DNA from: Salinivirgaceae bacterium | GTDB taxonomy: Bacteria > Bacteroidota > Bacteroidia > Bacteroidales > SZUA-534 | NCBI GenBank assembly: GCA_050251815.1 | Contig: JBFWMB010000001.1 | Location: 43,054-107,053, forward strand | DNA: 64,000 nucleotides | Reading direction: 5' to 3' | Shown: positions 36,941 to 45,782 of the stretch, piece after piece | How positions within the stretch are numbered: position 1 is the stretch's first letter | How the letters are laid out: the number at the start of each line of letters is the position of its first letter | Notes under the pieces: model-generated | Told to the model about the DNA's origin: nothing | Databases searched by the model: none | Seen by the model: only the letters and a program-made list of their open reading frames with translations | Translations under genes and position numbers: made by a program

Positions 36941-38005
36941 TTAAACCATCAGTTTTAAAGGTTTTTTGGGAATTGCATTCGGCTGTTGTGTCTTGTATTT
37001 GTTTGATTTACTGTAGTCGATTCCCATTTTGTCAAGTAAAGGTTCAACTGATACCTGATGCATTTGAAGCCCCAGGTCCCAAGGATCGTAACCCAGAACC
37101 AGTCCGGCCATTTCTTCATAAGTTAAAACCGGAATTCCGTAGCCATTTTGTCCGTAGGTTGTACCTTCCATTTCGGCAATGGTGTATTGCCACTTATCCA
37201 TAAACATGGTACAACCCGGGCAATTAGCTACAATAAAATCGGGTTCGTATGGAGCCATTGAATCAAATTTCTTTTTTGAGTTTGAAACCGAATACCCCCG
37301 GTTAGCCATAACCAAATATTGCCTGAACCCAAAGCCGCAACAATGACGCCGTTCCGGATAATCGACCACCTCGCCGCCCCACGATTCAATCATTCCCGCC
37401 AAAACAACGGGAAACTCCGCACCCCCAACCCCTTTTTCAGGAAAGAGTTTGGCATAATGACAACCAATATGCTCCACAACCTTAAGCGCTTGACCGGTTT
37501 TTGCATGAACTAGTTGTCGTTTTGCCTTTGCATTTATCTCATTTCTGAAATGATAAATAATATCGGAACTATGTGCCAGATTTTTGGGAATTAGAAACTC
37601 CCGGCGGGTTGCTTTCCAAAGCATTTCGCGAATTTTTACTTCCTCTTCAGGAAAATGTTTCCAGGTTTCCAGCAATTCCGTGTAAAGTCCAAACGAGGTA
37701 ACGCATGAAATAGCCAGATTCTCATACCCCAATTCAGTCATTAAGGCAAAATGGCGGGCAATTACTGTTGCCGTAGTTTCCTGGGGTATGATATCAGCAT
37801 GGTAGGCAATTCCCGTGCAGGTAGTGTGGCGCGGGTCGTCGTAAATATCCTTATTCAATTCCTCTTGCAGGATCTTTAAAAAAAGTTGTTCCGATGCCGG
37901 AAAGAAATTTTGACGTATGCAACTGCGTGCAAAATAATAGTGATTGTCGGCTATCTCTTTCTGGTATTTATTCCAGTTGGGATTGTTATTTTTTGGTTTC
38001 AACAT
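36941..38005 (-). CDS. HdrB-like CCG-domain protein
   Basis: First domain SC..TTCTG..SCVTS (degenerate), second domain HIGCH..HCCGFGFR..NCPGC; LGLQMH; start taken at MLKPK (38005). Confidence 0.85.
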   Translation of the reverse strand: MLKPKNNNPNWNKYQKEIADNHYYFARSCIRQNFFPASEQLFLKILQEELNKDIYDDPRHTTCTGIAYHADIIPQETTATVIARHFALMTELGYENLAISCVTSFGLYTELLETWKHFPEEEVKIREMLWKATRREFLIPKNLAHSSDIIYHFRNEINAKAKRQLVHAKTGQALKVVEHIGCHYAKLFPEKGVGGAEFPVVLAGMIESWGGEVVDYPERRHCCGFGFRQYLVMANRGYSVSNSKKKFDSMAPYEPDFIVANCPGCTMFMDKWQYTIAEMEGTTYGQNGYGIPVLTYEEMAGLVLGYDPWDLGLQMHQVSVEPLLDKMGIDYSKSNKYKTQQPNAIPKKPLKLMV

Positions 38006-38741
38006 TAGCTGTGCTTTTATTGTGTTGATTTGAATTCTCGCTGTATACTTCGTAGAAATACTCATTCGTTATATTGTCGCTAAAATCCAGATGCATCTGC
38101 TTAGCCTTTTCCCGGGAAAAATTTTCAATGGCCTGGTACATGGCCGTTCCTCCGGTAACATCAAAAATAGCTTGAAGTTCGTCTAAATCTTCCCGGGAAA
38201 TTTTTCGTAAAGTACCCGCTCCCGGTTTGTTGTAATTGGCTCCCAATCTATCCATAATATCATCAGCATTATCAACAACCCAGCGCCAAACCGGTCCCTG
38301 TTCAGGATGCAACTCAGGAGCAAGTCCCTGTGGATGTACGCAATATCCAAACTTCAGAATATTTTCGCCCACCGTACGTTTAATGGCAAATTGCTGTCGA
38401 CCTTTTTCCGACTCAACAAAATATCCCAGATTAATGGACAATTTACGTAGGGCCTGAATTACAAAACCCGGTGTATTATCGCGGGGACAACGGGTTTTGC
38501 ACGACATACACTGCCCACAATACCATATGGTTTCTGACTTTAGTAAGTCGATTATTGATTCGTCGGATTTATCCTGCAACTGATTTAAAAGCCTTCGTGG
38601 ATCGTAATTGTAAAACTCTGCCGCAGGGCAAACTGAAGTACAAATCCCACAATTCATGCAGGTATGGTAACCTTCAACAAATCGAACATCACTTAATAAC
38701 TGTTCAAATAAAGGTTTCATCTGTTTATAATTTGTTTTCAT
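37986..38741 (-). CDS. HdrC-like 2x[4Fe-4S] protein with long C-terminal extension
   Basis: CMNCGICTSVCP, IWYCGQCMSCKTRCPR, PELHPEQGP; start may be 38720 (MKPLF). Confidence 0.85.
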   Translation of the reverse strand: MKTNYKQMKPLFEQLLSDVRFVEGYHTCMNCGICTSVCPAAEFYNYDPRRLLNQLQDKSDESIIDLLKSETIWYCGQCMSCKTRCPRDNTPGFVIQALRKLSINLGYFVESEKGRQQFAIKRTVGENILKFGYCVHPQGLAPELHPEQGPVWRWVVDNADDIMDRLGANYNKPGAGTLRKISREDLDELQAIFDVTGGTAMYQAIENFSREKAKQMHLDFSDNITNEYFYEVYSENSNQHNKSTANVETKK

Positions 38742-39163
38742 TCGTCAGATGCCTGCTCCGATAAATCGGGGGAACAACCATAAAATAATCGAGCGCATGC
38801 ATTAAACTAATGTTTCATTGGTTGAAATATGAATGATAATTTCAAACGAAATTAAAGAGAAAGCGAAAGCTATTTTACCGTAATATTACCCAAACACTGA
38901 GCGTTTTAAAGCATATTTTGGGGTGGTATTTATACGAATTAGCACCACTGTGTGCAGGTTACGGATGGTTTGAACCTGGAAGCCTGCCCTGCCAGTAGCA
39001 GATTAGGATTTAGACCTTAGGCTGAAGACGCATTACGTAATGTGAAGGTTTTGGAAAAACATGTCCTGTGTTTCCTGCCTAAAGAAAAACGTGGTTTAAT
39101 AACTATTTGTAAAGCAATCATTGAGTTTTCACTTTAAGAATCCTTATCATTGTCGAAAAAAAG

Positions 39164-39955
39164 ATGCACCGGATTCAACTCGTGTTAGCCTACATAAAAT
39201 TCTGGTTTACTGCCCGAAACCGCAAGGGATTTGGTATTCATTCTCCCTTTGTTTTTAAGCTTGTTACCCAGGTAATCCACGATTACACCCCATTTTACTG
39301 TTATGCCGAAATTGAAAAAGAGCGTAATTCGCTGCTCAATAATCATTCATTTATTCCGGTAAACGATTTGGGAACGGGAAAAACCAAATACAAATGGAAC
39401 CGGCGAAAAATTTCGAAAATTGCCAAATACTCCTTAAAACCAGCCAGACAAGCACAATTATTGTTTCGCCTGGTTAATTATTTTGGGTACAGAAACCTGC
39501 TTGAGCTGGGCACCTCGCTGGGAATAACCAGCAGCTACCTGGCAAAAACCGACAGCCGGACAAAACTCATTACACTCGAAGGTTGTGCAAACACAGCCGG
39601 ATTAGCCCATGAAACTTTCAAAAAACTGCATATCAACAATGCGGAACTATGGGTTGGCGAATTTGGACAAACCTTGCCGCAAGCCCTCGGAAAATTAGAC
39701 AAACTCGACTTTGTTTTTTTTGATGGCAACCACACCCAATCAGCAACACTTGAGTATTTTGAGCGGTGCCTTAAAAAGACTCATAACGAAACCCTGTTTG
39801 TTTTCGACGATATTTATTTGAATAGCGAAATGGAGGTTGCCTGGCAAACCATAAAAAAGCATCCCCAGGTTCGCGTTACGCTAAACCTGTTTCATCTGGG
39901 ACTTGTGTTTTTCAGAAAAGAACTTAGCAGGCAGCATTTTAAACTAAGGTTTTAA
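39164..39955 (+). CDS. Class I SAM-dependent methyltransferase (Methyltransf_24-like)
   Basis: G.GIHSPFVF, DLGTG, LELGTSLGI, TLEGC, FFDGNH, VFDDI. Confidence 0.82.
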   Translation: MHRIQLVLAYIKFWFTARNRKGFGIHSPFVFKLVTQVIHDYTPFYCYAEIEKERNSLLNNHSFIPVNDLGTGKTKYKWNRRKISKIAKYSLKPARQAQLLFRLVNYFGYRNLLELGTSLGITSSYLAKTDSRTKLITLEGCANTAGLAHETFKKLHINNAELWVGEFGQTLPQALGKLDKLDFVFFDGNHTQSATLEYFERCLKKTHNETLFVFDDIYLNSEMEVAWQTIKKHPQVRVTLNLFHLGLVFFRKELSRQHFKLRF

Positions 39956-39986
39956 GCAAAAAACTTTTAAAAGGTAATTAAACCAT

Positions 39987-39994
39987 TACTTTTG
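39987..39994 (+). promoter_or_regulatory. Sigma-A -7 element (TACTTTTG) upstream of the ABC ATPase
   Basis: Exact TAnnTTTG, 32 bp before ATG 40027. Confidence 0.5.
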
Positions 39995-40026
39995 CGTTTA
40001 ACAAAAATTATAAAGTCCAAACCAAC

Positions 40027-40740
40027 ATGGAGCAGGTAATAATCATAAAAGATATAAAAAAAATATATCAGGTTGGATTTCAGGAAGTAAACGCCTTAGC
40101 TGGCATAAACCTTTCGATACACAAAAATGAATATGTGGCCATTATGGGGCCTTCGGGTTCCGGAAAATCAACCTTAATGAATATTATTGGCTGCCTCGAC
40201 ACGCCTTCGCTTGGCGAATACTGGCTGAATGGAAGCGATGTGAGCCGTTTACAGGACGAAGCGCTGGCTGCAATCCGAAATAAAGAGATTGGCTTCATTT
40301 TTCAAACCTTCAATTTGCTTCCGCGATACAATGCCATTGAAAATGTAGCCGTTCCTCTTATTTACGCCGGAATAAGCCGACAAGAGCGGGTTGAGTTGGC
40401 CAAAGCTGCGCTCACACAAGTAGGCCTGCACGACCGGATGGATCACAAACCCAATGAAATGTCGGGTGGCCAACGCCAAAGAGTAGCCATTGCCAGGGCT
40501 TTAGTTAATAGCCCATCGATAATACTAGCCGATGAACCTACCGGAAATCTCGATTCCAAAACATCGGAAGAGATTATGCGTTTACTGGGTGATTTGCATC
40601 GAAAAGGCAATACCATTGTTTTGGTAACCCACGAAGAGGAAATTGCCCTGAACGCAAAGCGTATTGTGCGCTTACGCGATGGAATAATTGAAAAAGATGA
40701 ACTGGTTAACAAGTACAATGAAGTAAAAAACTTAGCTTAA
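40027..40740 (+). CDS. ABC transporter ATP-binding protein (LolD/MacB-like)
   Basis: [51 protein letters not shown]. Confidence 0.93.
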   Translation: MEQVIIIKDIKKIYQVGFQEVNALAGINLSIHKNEYVAIMGPSGSGKSTLMNIIGCLDTPSLGEYWLNGSDVSRLQDEALAAIRNKEIGFIFQTFNLLPRYNAIENVAVPLIYAGISRQERVELAKAALTQVGLHDRMDHKPNEMSGGQRQRVAIARALVNSPSIILADEPTGNLDSKTSEEIMRLLGDLHRKGNTIVLVTHEEEIALNAKRIVRLRDGIIEKDELVNKYNEVKNLA

Positions 40741-40791
40741 AAACAAACATCAAAAAAAAAAGCACATAACGTAATTATTAATAACCCATTT

Positions 40792-41343
40792 ATGAAAATA
40801 TACACCAAAACAGGCGATAAGGGAACAACAGCTTTAATAAGCGGTAAACGGGTTTCAAAATACCATTTGCGGATTGAAGCTTACGGATCGGTTGACGAAC
40901 TGATGGCTTTTACCGCAGTTCTTTACGACAGCATTCAAAACCCCCGTCATAAAACCTTTTTACTCGAAGTCCAGGACCGGCTAATGACCGCAGCCACCAT
41001 ACTGGCTGCCGACTGTGAGGACTGTGATTTTAAATTGCCTGAAATTATTGACGCTGATATTGATGCCATTGAAAAAGAAATTGATGCATTGGATGCCGAT
41101 TTACCCCAATTAAGCCATTTTATTTTACCCGGGGGACACCCAGCCATTTCAAACTCCCACGTTGCCCGAACCGTTTGTCGGCGATGCGAGCGGCTGGCCC
41201 TGAAAGTGCACGACCGGGAAGCACCCTGCCTTGATGTGGTAAAATACCTGAATCGTTTATCCGATTATTTCTTTGTTTTATCAAGAAAACTGGCAAAAGA
41301 GTTAACTATTGATGAAATAAGTTGGATTCCACGATCCAAGTAA
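40792..41343 (+). CDS. ATP:cob(I)alamin adenosyltransferase, PduO type
   Basis: KIYTKTGDKGTT, RIEAYGSVDEL, FILPGG, HVARTVCRRCER, YLNRLSDYFF.L.R. Confidence 0.93.
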   Translation: MKIYTKTGDKGTTALISGKRVSKYHLRIEAYGSVDELMAFTAVLYDSIQNPRHKTFLLEVQDRLMTAATILAADCEDCDFKLPEIIDADIDAIEKEIDALDADLPQLSHFILPGGHPAISNSHVARTVCRRCERLALKVHDREAPCLDVVKYLNRLSDYFFVLSRKLAKELTIDEISWIPRSK

Positions 41344-41357
41344 GGATTTTTTTTGTA

Positions 41358-41365
41358 TATATTTG
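41358..41365 (+). promoter_or_regulatory. Sigma-A -7 element (TATATTTG) upstream of DUF2795
   Basis: Exact TAnnTTTG followed by CA, 37 bp before the ATG. Confidence 0.6.
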
Positions 41366-41402
41366 CAACTTTTAAAAAAAACGGTAACTAAATTAAATAA
41401 CT

Positions 41403-41624
41403 ATGTATTGGACACTTGAATTAGCCTCAAAATTAGAAGATGCTCCATGGCCTGCCACCAAAGAAGAATTGATTGATTTTGCAATCCGTTCAGGTGCACC
41501 GCTAGAGGTTATCGAGAACCTTCAGGAGATTGAGGATGAAGGCGACATTTACGAAAGTATTGACGACATCTGGCCTGACTATCCAAGCAAAGATGATTTC
41601 TTCTTTAATGAAGATGAATACTAA
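41403..41624 (+). CDS. DUF2795 family small acidic protein
   Basis: MYWTLELASKLEDAPWPATKEELIDFAIRSGAPLEVIENLQ...FFFNEDEY, recognised as the highly conserved Bacteroidota DUF2795 sequence. Confidence 0.85.
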   Translation: MYWTLELASKLEDAPWPATKEELIDFAIRSGAPLEVIENLQEIEDEGDIYESIDDIWPDYPSKDDFFFNEDEY

Positions 41625-41635
41625 AAAAATAAGTT

Positions 41636-41663
41636 AAAAGCCACTTTATTCGAGTGGCTTTTT
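41636..41663 (+). terminator. Rho-independent terminator (possibly bidirectional)
   Basis: AAAAGCCACT-TTATTCG-AGTGGCTTTTT perfect 10-bp stem, 12 bp after the stop. Confidence 0.85.
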
Positions 41664-41848
41664 ACGTTTTATCTATTTTATACCACATACCCCGCAGCAA
41701 GCTGATGGAACAGCAAAAAAGAACTACAACCATTACCGCAGCATAGTGCAGGAAATAAAACCTCAAGATTCCCTTTGTTTCACGCCGGGAGCAGTTCGAT
41801 TTGGTGCTTTCAGTTCATCATCACAGATGAAAGCATAGTATCAGAGAT

Positions 41849-43375
41849 TTAAGGCCATACAAAAACTTCCAGCGGCTTTTTAGGCCTGAAAAGCAAATGC
41901 CACTCAAAACCCTTAACCTTTAATTCAGCTGGTGGCAAATCCTCCAAAGGATACATAGCTCCTTCGTAATTACTCCTGTAGGTAAGCCGGTTCAACTTAT
42001 TATTCTTTAACGTTATGGATATATTGCTGCTTTTACTCTTATTGACTCCCATAATGCCATATTCATCGACCGGGAAGTATATGGTTTCGCTTTTTTTGAA
42101 CACATCAATCTTCGACAGTTGATTGTTTTTCAGGTAGCCTATCATTTCATCGCCTTTCACCTGATTGAAATGGAGGGAATCTTCCTTTGAAATAATCAAT
42201 CCGCCATTGTAGAGTTTAAAATGATCGAGTTTTTCATCCACCACAAAACCTTCGATATAGGTTGCCGTAATCTGATTCTCTTCGGCCCATAAAATGGGTG
42301 AACCATAAAATCTGACAATGGAATCGGCCATGGAAAAAACCAAGCTGTCGGTTTTTGCCTGAAAGTTCGATTTATAAATTTTGGTGTGATAATATCCCCT
42401 AAAAATGCGGTGTTCACCCGAAGTGTCCATCTCAGCATAAAGCGTATCGGCATGCATAAAAAGGCTGTCACCCTGCATAATATGAATGAGTAAAGCACTA
42501 TCGGTAACAAAAAACCGATCTTCGCTTTTCAACACCTCCAGGTAATTTCCTTTTACTATAAGATCCTGAGTTGTATCGGTAGCTACAACATTCGAATACG
42601 CCCGACCAATTTCCTTGTCGCGATCGTAATAAATACTGTCGGCCTGAATGTTTTGTTCTGAATTTGAAAAGTAAGCTTTCTTTTTAAAAAATGCCACATT
42701 ATTGGTGGTGTTGTACCACCCAAATTCGGCATACATATAATTGGTATCGTTGTAAAATTCAGTGGGGCCGTAGAAATAAGCAATTTCCGATTTAGTATTG
42801 TATTGCAGACTGTCGGAATAAATCTGAAACTCACCTTCGTTATGATTTACCGTAACTTTATCGGTAAAATAAACAATGCTGTTGTTCTGATAATAATGAC
42901 CAATGGTACTGGTTAAAGTAGTTGCACTATCGACAATCTGTGCTCCGTTCAGGTAATAACCAATGTCGCGCCGGGTGTCGTAGTCGAGCGAATCAGTGTA
43001 TAAAACCACCTGGGTATCGCGCATAACTACATTGTTACGGAAATGGGCCATTTTTTTATTTCCGTCGTAAAAAAGGTACTTGCTCCGAACATCGATGGTT
43101 GCATCGCCCTCTTTAAAAAGATGCACGTTTCCATAGGCTTCAAATTTGTTTTTACTGCCCATAAAATAAGCGCTGTCGCAGGTCATAACCGTACTGTCCT
43201 GCCAAAAACGCACATTGCCAATCAAACGCCGGGCTCCATCGCGTATGTTTTTATCTGACCGGAAATAATCGGCTTTTCGTATCTCAATTTTTGATGAATT
43301 TTGAGAAAAACCTTTACCCAGTGTTAGCAAAACAAGAAAAAATACAACGACTATTTTCAATACTATTGGTTTCAT
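41849..43375 (-). CDS. OstA-like (LptA/LptD N-terminal beta-jellyroll) protein
   Basis: Signal peptide; L.GNV.F....T.M.CDSA, repeated L.TDSL.Y / I.ADSIYY / AKTDSLVF units typical of Bacteroidota OstA_2 proteins. Confidence 0.75.
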   Translation of the reverse strand: MKPIVLKIVVVFFLVLLTLGKGFSQNSSKIEIRKADYFRSDKNIRDGARRLIGNVRFWQDSTVMTCDSAYFMGSKNKFEAYGNVHLFKEGDATIDVRSKYLFYDGNKKMAHFRNNVVMRDTQVVLYTDSLDYDTRRDIGYYLNGAQIVDSATTLTSTIGHYYQNNSIVYFTDKVTVNHNEGEFQIYSDSLQYNTKSEIAYFYGPTEFYNDTNYMYAEFGWYNTTNNVAFFKKKAYFSNSEQNIQADSIYYDRDKEIGRAYSNVVATDTTQDLIVKGNYLEVLKSEDRFFVTDSALLIHIMQGDSLFMHADTLYAEMDTSGEHRIFRGYYHTKIYKSNFQAKTDSLVFSMADSIVRFYGSPILWAEENQITATYIEGFVVDEKLDHFKLYNGGLIISKEDSLHFNQVKGDEMIGYLKNNQLSKIDVFKKSETIYFPVDEYGIMGVNKSKSSNISITLKNNKLNRLTYRSNYEGAMYPLEDLPPAELKVKGFEWHLLFRPKKPLEVFVWP

Positions 43376-43435
43376 TCAAATAATATAAAGCTCACAGTGC
43401 ATTACAAATGCTGTTCCACAAAACACAAAAGCTTA

Positions 43436-44419
43436 TTAATTAAAATCTTTTTGGCTGTCGATGAGTTTTTGCACAATATTGTCGACAGTTATACCCTCAG
43501 CCTCAGCCTTGTAGTTGCGCACAATACGATGCCGTAAAATTGGGAAGGCTACCGCATTAACATCTTCCACATCGGGTGAATATTTTCCGGAAACCGCTGC
43601 GTGAACTTTTGCTCCAAGAATAAGGAACTGTGATGCGCGGGGTCCGGCCCCCCAATTTACATACTGGTTGGTAATTGCCAGGGCGTGTTCGGTATTGGGA
43701 CGAGACTTGGCAGCCAAATTTACCGCATATTTCAACACATGCTCGTTTACGGGTATCCTCCGGACCAAATGTTGAAAATAAATTATTTCTTCAGCATTCA
43801 TTACTTTCTCAACCGTTTTTATTGCATCGGAGGTTGTTTCCGAAACAATAGCAATCTCATCGTGCAACTTTGGATAGTCGAGTAAAATATTAAACATAAA
43901 ACGGTCGAGTTGTGCTTCGGGCAAAGGATAGGTACCTTCCTGCTCAATTGGGTTTTGTGTTGCCAATACAAAAAAAGGTTCCTGCAATTTGTAGGTATTA
44001 CCGGCAGCCGTTACCGATTTCTCCTGCATGGCTTCGAGCAAAGCCGACTGGGTTTTGGGAGGTGTTCGGTTAATTTCGTCGGCCAATACAATGTTGGCAA
44101 AAAGCGGCCCTTTAACAAACTTAAAGTTGCGATCTTCGGTTAAAATTTCGGCACCAATAATATCGGAAGGCATTAAATCGGGAGTAAACTGAATGCGCTT
44201 GTAATTTAAGCCCAACGCTCCGGCAATGGTATTCACCAACAATGTTTTTGCCAGACCAGGAACGCCCACCAACATGCAGTGCCCACCGCTAAAAATTGAA
44301 AGCAAGGTATTTTTAACTATTTCATCCTGGCCAATAATCACCTTTTGTACTTCGGCCAAAAGCTTTTCGAACGATGCTTTTAAAGCATCTACGGCTTCCA
44401 CGTCACTTTTATAATTCAT
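43436..44419 (-). CDS. MoxR family AAA+ ATPase
   Basis: GVPGLAKT, RIQFTPDLMPSDIIG, LADEINRTPPKTQSALLEAMQE, ATQNPIEQEGTYPLPEAQLDRF, WGAGPRA. Confidence 0.95.
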   Translation of the reverse strand: MNYKSDVEAVDALKASFEKLLAEVQKVIIGQDEIVKNTLLSIFSGGHCMLVGVPGLAKTLLVNTIAGALGLNYKRIQFTPDLMPSDIIGAEILTEDRNFKFVKGPLFANIVLADEINRTPPKTQSALLEAMQEKSVTAAGNTYKLQEPFFVLATQNPIEQEGTYPLPEAQLDRFMFNILLDYPKLHDEIAIVSETTSDAIKTVEKVMNAEEIIYFQHLVRRIPVNEHVLKYAVNLAAKSRPNTEHALAITNQYVNWGAGPRASQFLILGAKVHAAVSGKYSPDVEDVNAVAFPILRHRIVRNYKAEAEGITVDNIVQKLIDSQKDFN

Positions 44420-44422
44420 AGG

Positions 44423-45772
44423 CTACCTGTTTTTCCAAATTTCGTTTTGGAATTTACAGTTTTTATAATCGTCGTCTATTTTAATATAGGTTTCTTTCAA
44501 ATTTTTCTTAACCCATTCTTCCATATATTCACCACTTTTTTTATTCAGGGCCATATCCTGTATTCGCTGATAATCGTCTTTTAAGTTTGCCGGATGAGGC
44601 TCTGACTTACTTTTTAGTAAAACCATTTTATAAACGGTTTGACCATTTTCATCTTCATCTTCGAAAGGTTTCGAAATATCGCCTACCTGCAAATCTTTTA
44701 TGGCAAAGGCAATTTTAGGGGTTAGATGACCTGCCTCCCAGCGGGAATTTCCGGTGGCCGGATTAACCATTACGCCGCCGTTTAAGCGGGTATTATCGTC
44801 TTCAGAGAATTTCCAGCAGGCTTCTTTAAACGTTAATTCCTTATTTAGAATGGCTGTACGAACGCTATCGAGCCGGTTTTTAGCCTTAGTTTTTTCATCG
44901 AGGCTGATTTTTGGTTTCATTAAGATATGCCGGCAATTGATGCGTTCCCCTTTTTTCTCAACTAATTGAATGATGTGATAACCGTAATCGGTTTTCACAA
45001 TTTTTGAGATTTCTCCCACTTTAAGATTAAACGCAACAGCCGAAAATTCGGGAACCAAATCGCCACGACTCACAAATCCCAATTCGCCACCGCGGGCTGC
45101 AGAACCCGGATCTTCAGAATACAAAACAGCCAGAGTAGCAAAGCTTTCACCATTGGTAATCCGTTCCTTGAACTCACGCAGGCGGTCTTTAATCCGAAGA
45201 ATTTCAACTTCCTGAACCTTAGGATTTACAATAATCTGCTCCATTTCAAATTCGGTATTGATGATGGGTAAACTGTCGGTGGGAATGCTTTTGTAAAAGG
45301 CTTTTACCTCCTGCGGAGTTACTTTTAAATCGGTTGTAACCTGTTGTTGCATGCGTTGGCTTAAAAGCTGTTCGCGAATAACGTCAGAGAATTCCTCTTT
45401 TATCTCCGGGATTGATTTTTTATAGTATTCTTCCAGTTTTTCCTCGCTTCCTATCTGATTGATGAAATAATTCAGGCGACGCTCCATTTCTGATTTTACT
45501 TCCGCATCACTAACCTCAACACTATCGAGAATCGCCTGATTAACAAGCAATTTAGCATAAAGCATTTCCTCAAAAACCTCGCAGGTAATATCGCCTGTGG
45601 TATAATAACCCTGAGCCCTAAGCTGCAAGGCCTGATTTTCGATGTCGCTCTGGAGTATGACTTGTTTCCCAACAATAGCCACTACCTGATCAATAATTTG
45701 CTTATTCTGAGCTGAAGTTGGGTTGATGAATAGAATGGTTAAAACGATTAAAATACTGTTTCTTAATAACAT
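44423..45772 (-). CDS. SurA-like peptidyl-prolyl isomerase/chaperone
   Basis: Signal peptide; IDQVVAIVG..VIL.SDI (SurA N-terminus); F..LA..YSEDPGSA.RGGELG, V.TDYGYHIIQL, RHIL; start taken at 45772. Confidence 0.85.
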   Translation of the reverse strand: MLLRNSILIVLTILFINPTSAQNKQIIDQVVAIVGKQVILQSDIENQALQLRAQGYYTTGDITCEVFEEMLYAKLLVNQAILDSVEVSDAEVKSEMERRLNYFINQIGSEEKLEEYYKKSIPEIKEEFSDVIREQLLSQRMQQQVTTDLKVTPQEVKAFYKSIPTDSLPIINTEFEMEQIIVNPKVQEVEILRIKDRLREFKERITNGESFATLAVLYSEDPGSAARGGELGFVSRGDLVPEFSAVAFNLKVGEISKIVKTDYGYHIIQLVEKKGERINCRHILMKPKISLDEKTKAKNRLDSVRTAILNKELTFKEACWKFSEDDNTRLNGGVMVNPATGNSRWEAGHLTPKIAFAIKDLQVGDISKPFEDEDENGQTVYKMVLLKSKSEPHPANLKDDYQRIQDMALNKKSGEYMEEWVKKNLKETYIKIDDDYKNCKFQNEIWKNR

Positions 45773-45782
45773 AAATAAGTTT

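Noticed and set aside
33769-38741. Methanogenesis or dissimilatory sulfate reduction
   Set aside because: Context is clearly Bacteroidota; no mcr, dsrAB, apr/qmo or mvh genes in the window, and HdrA lacks ferredoxin modules.
38919-39001. TPP-riboswitch-like words (GGGGTG...TGAACCTG)
   Set aside because: No CTGAGA in the required position, no 3' GCGnAGGGA, wrong spacing, and no thiamine gene downstream.
41688-41708. TACCCCGCAGCAAGCTG, resembling half of a CCCCGCAGCTTGCTGCGGGG REP-like palindrome
   Set aside because: Right arm is incomplete, there is only one copy in the window, and no RAYT or IS200 transposase is nearby.
41780-41810. GTTCGATT resembling a tRNA T-loop
   Set aside because: Flanking bases do not form a T-stem, and there is no cloverleaf or acceptor stem.
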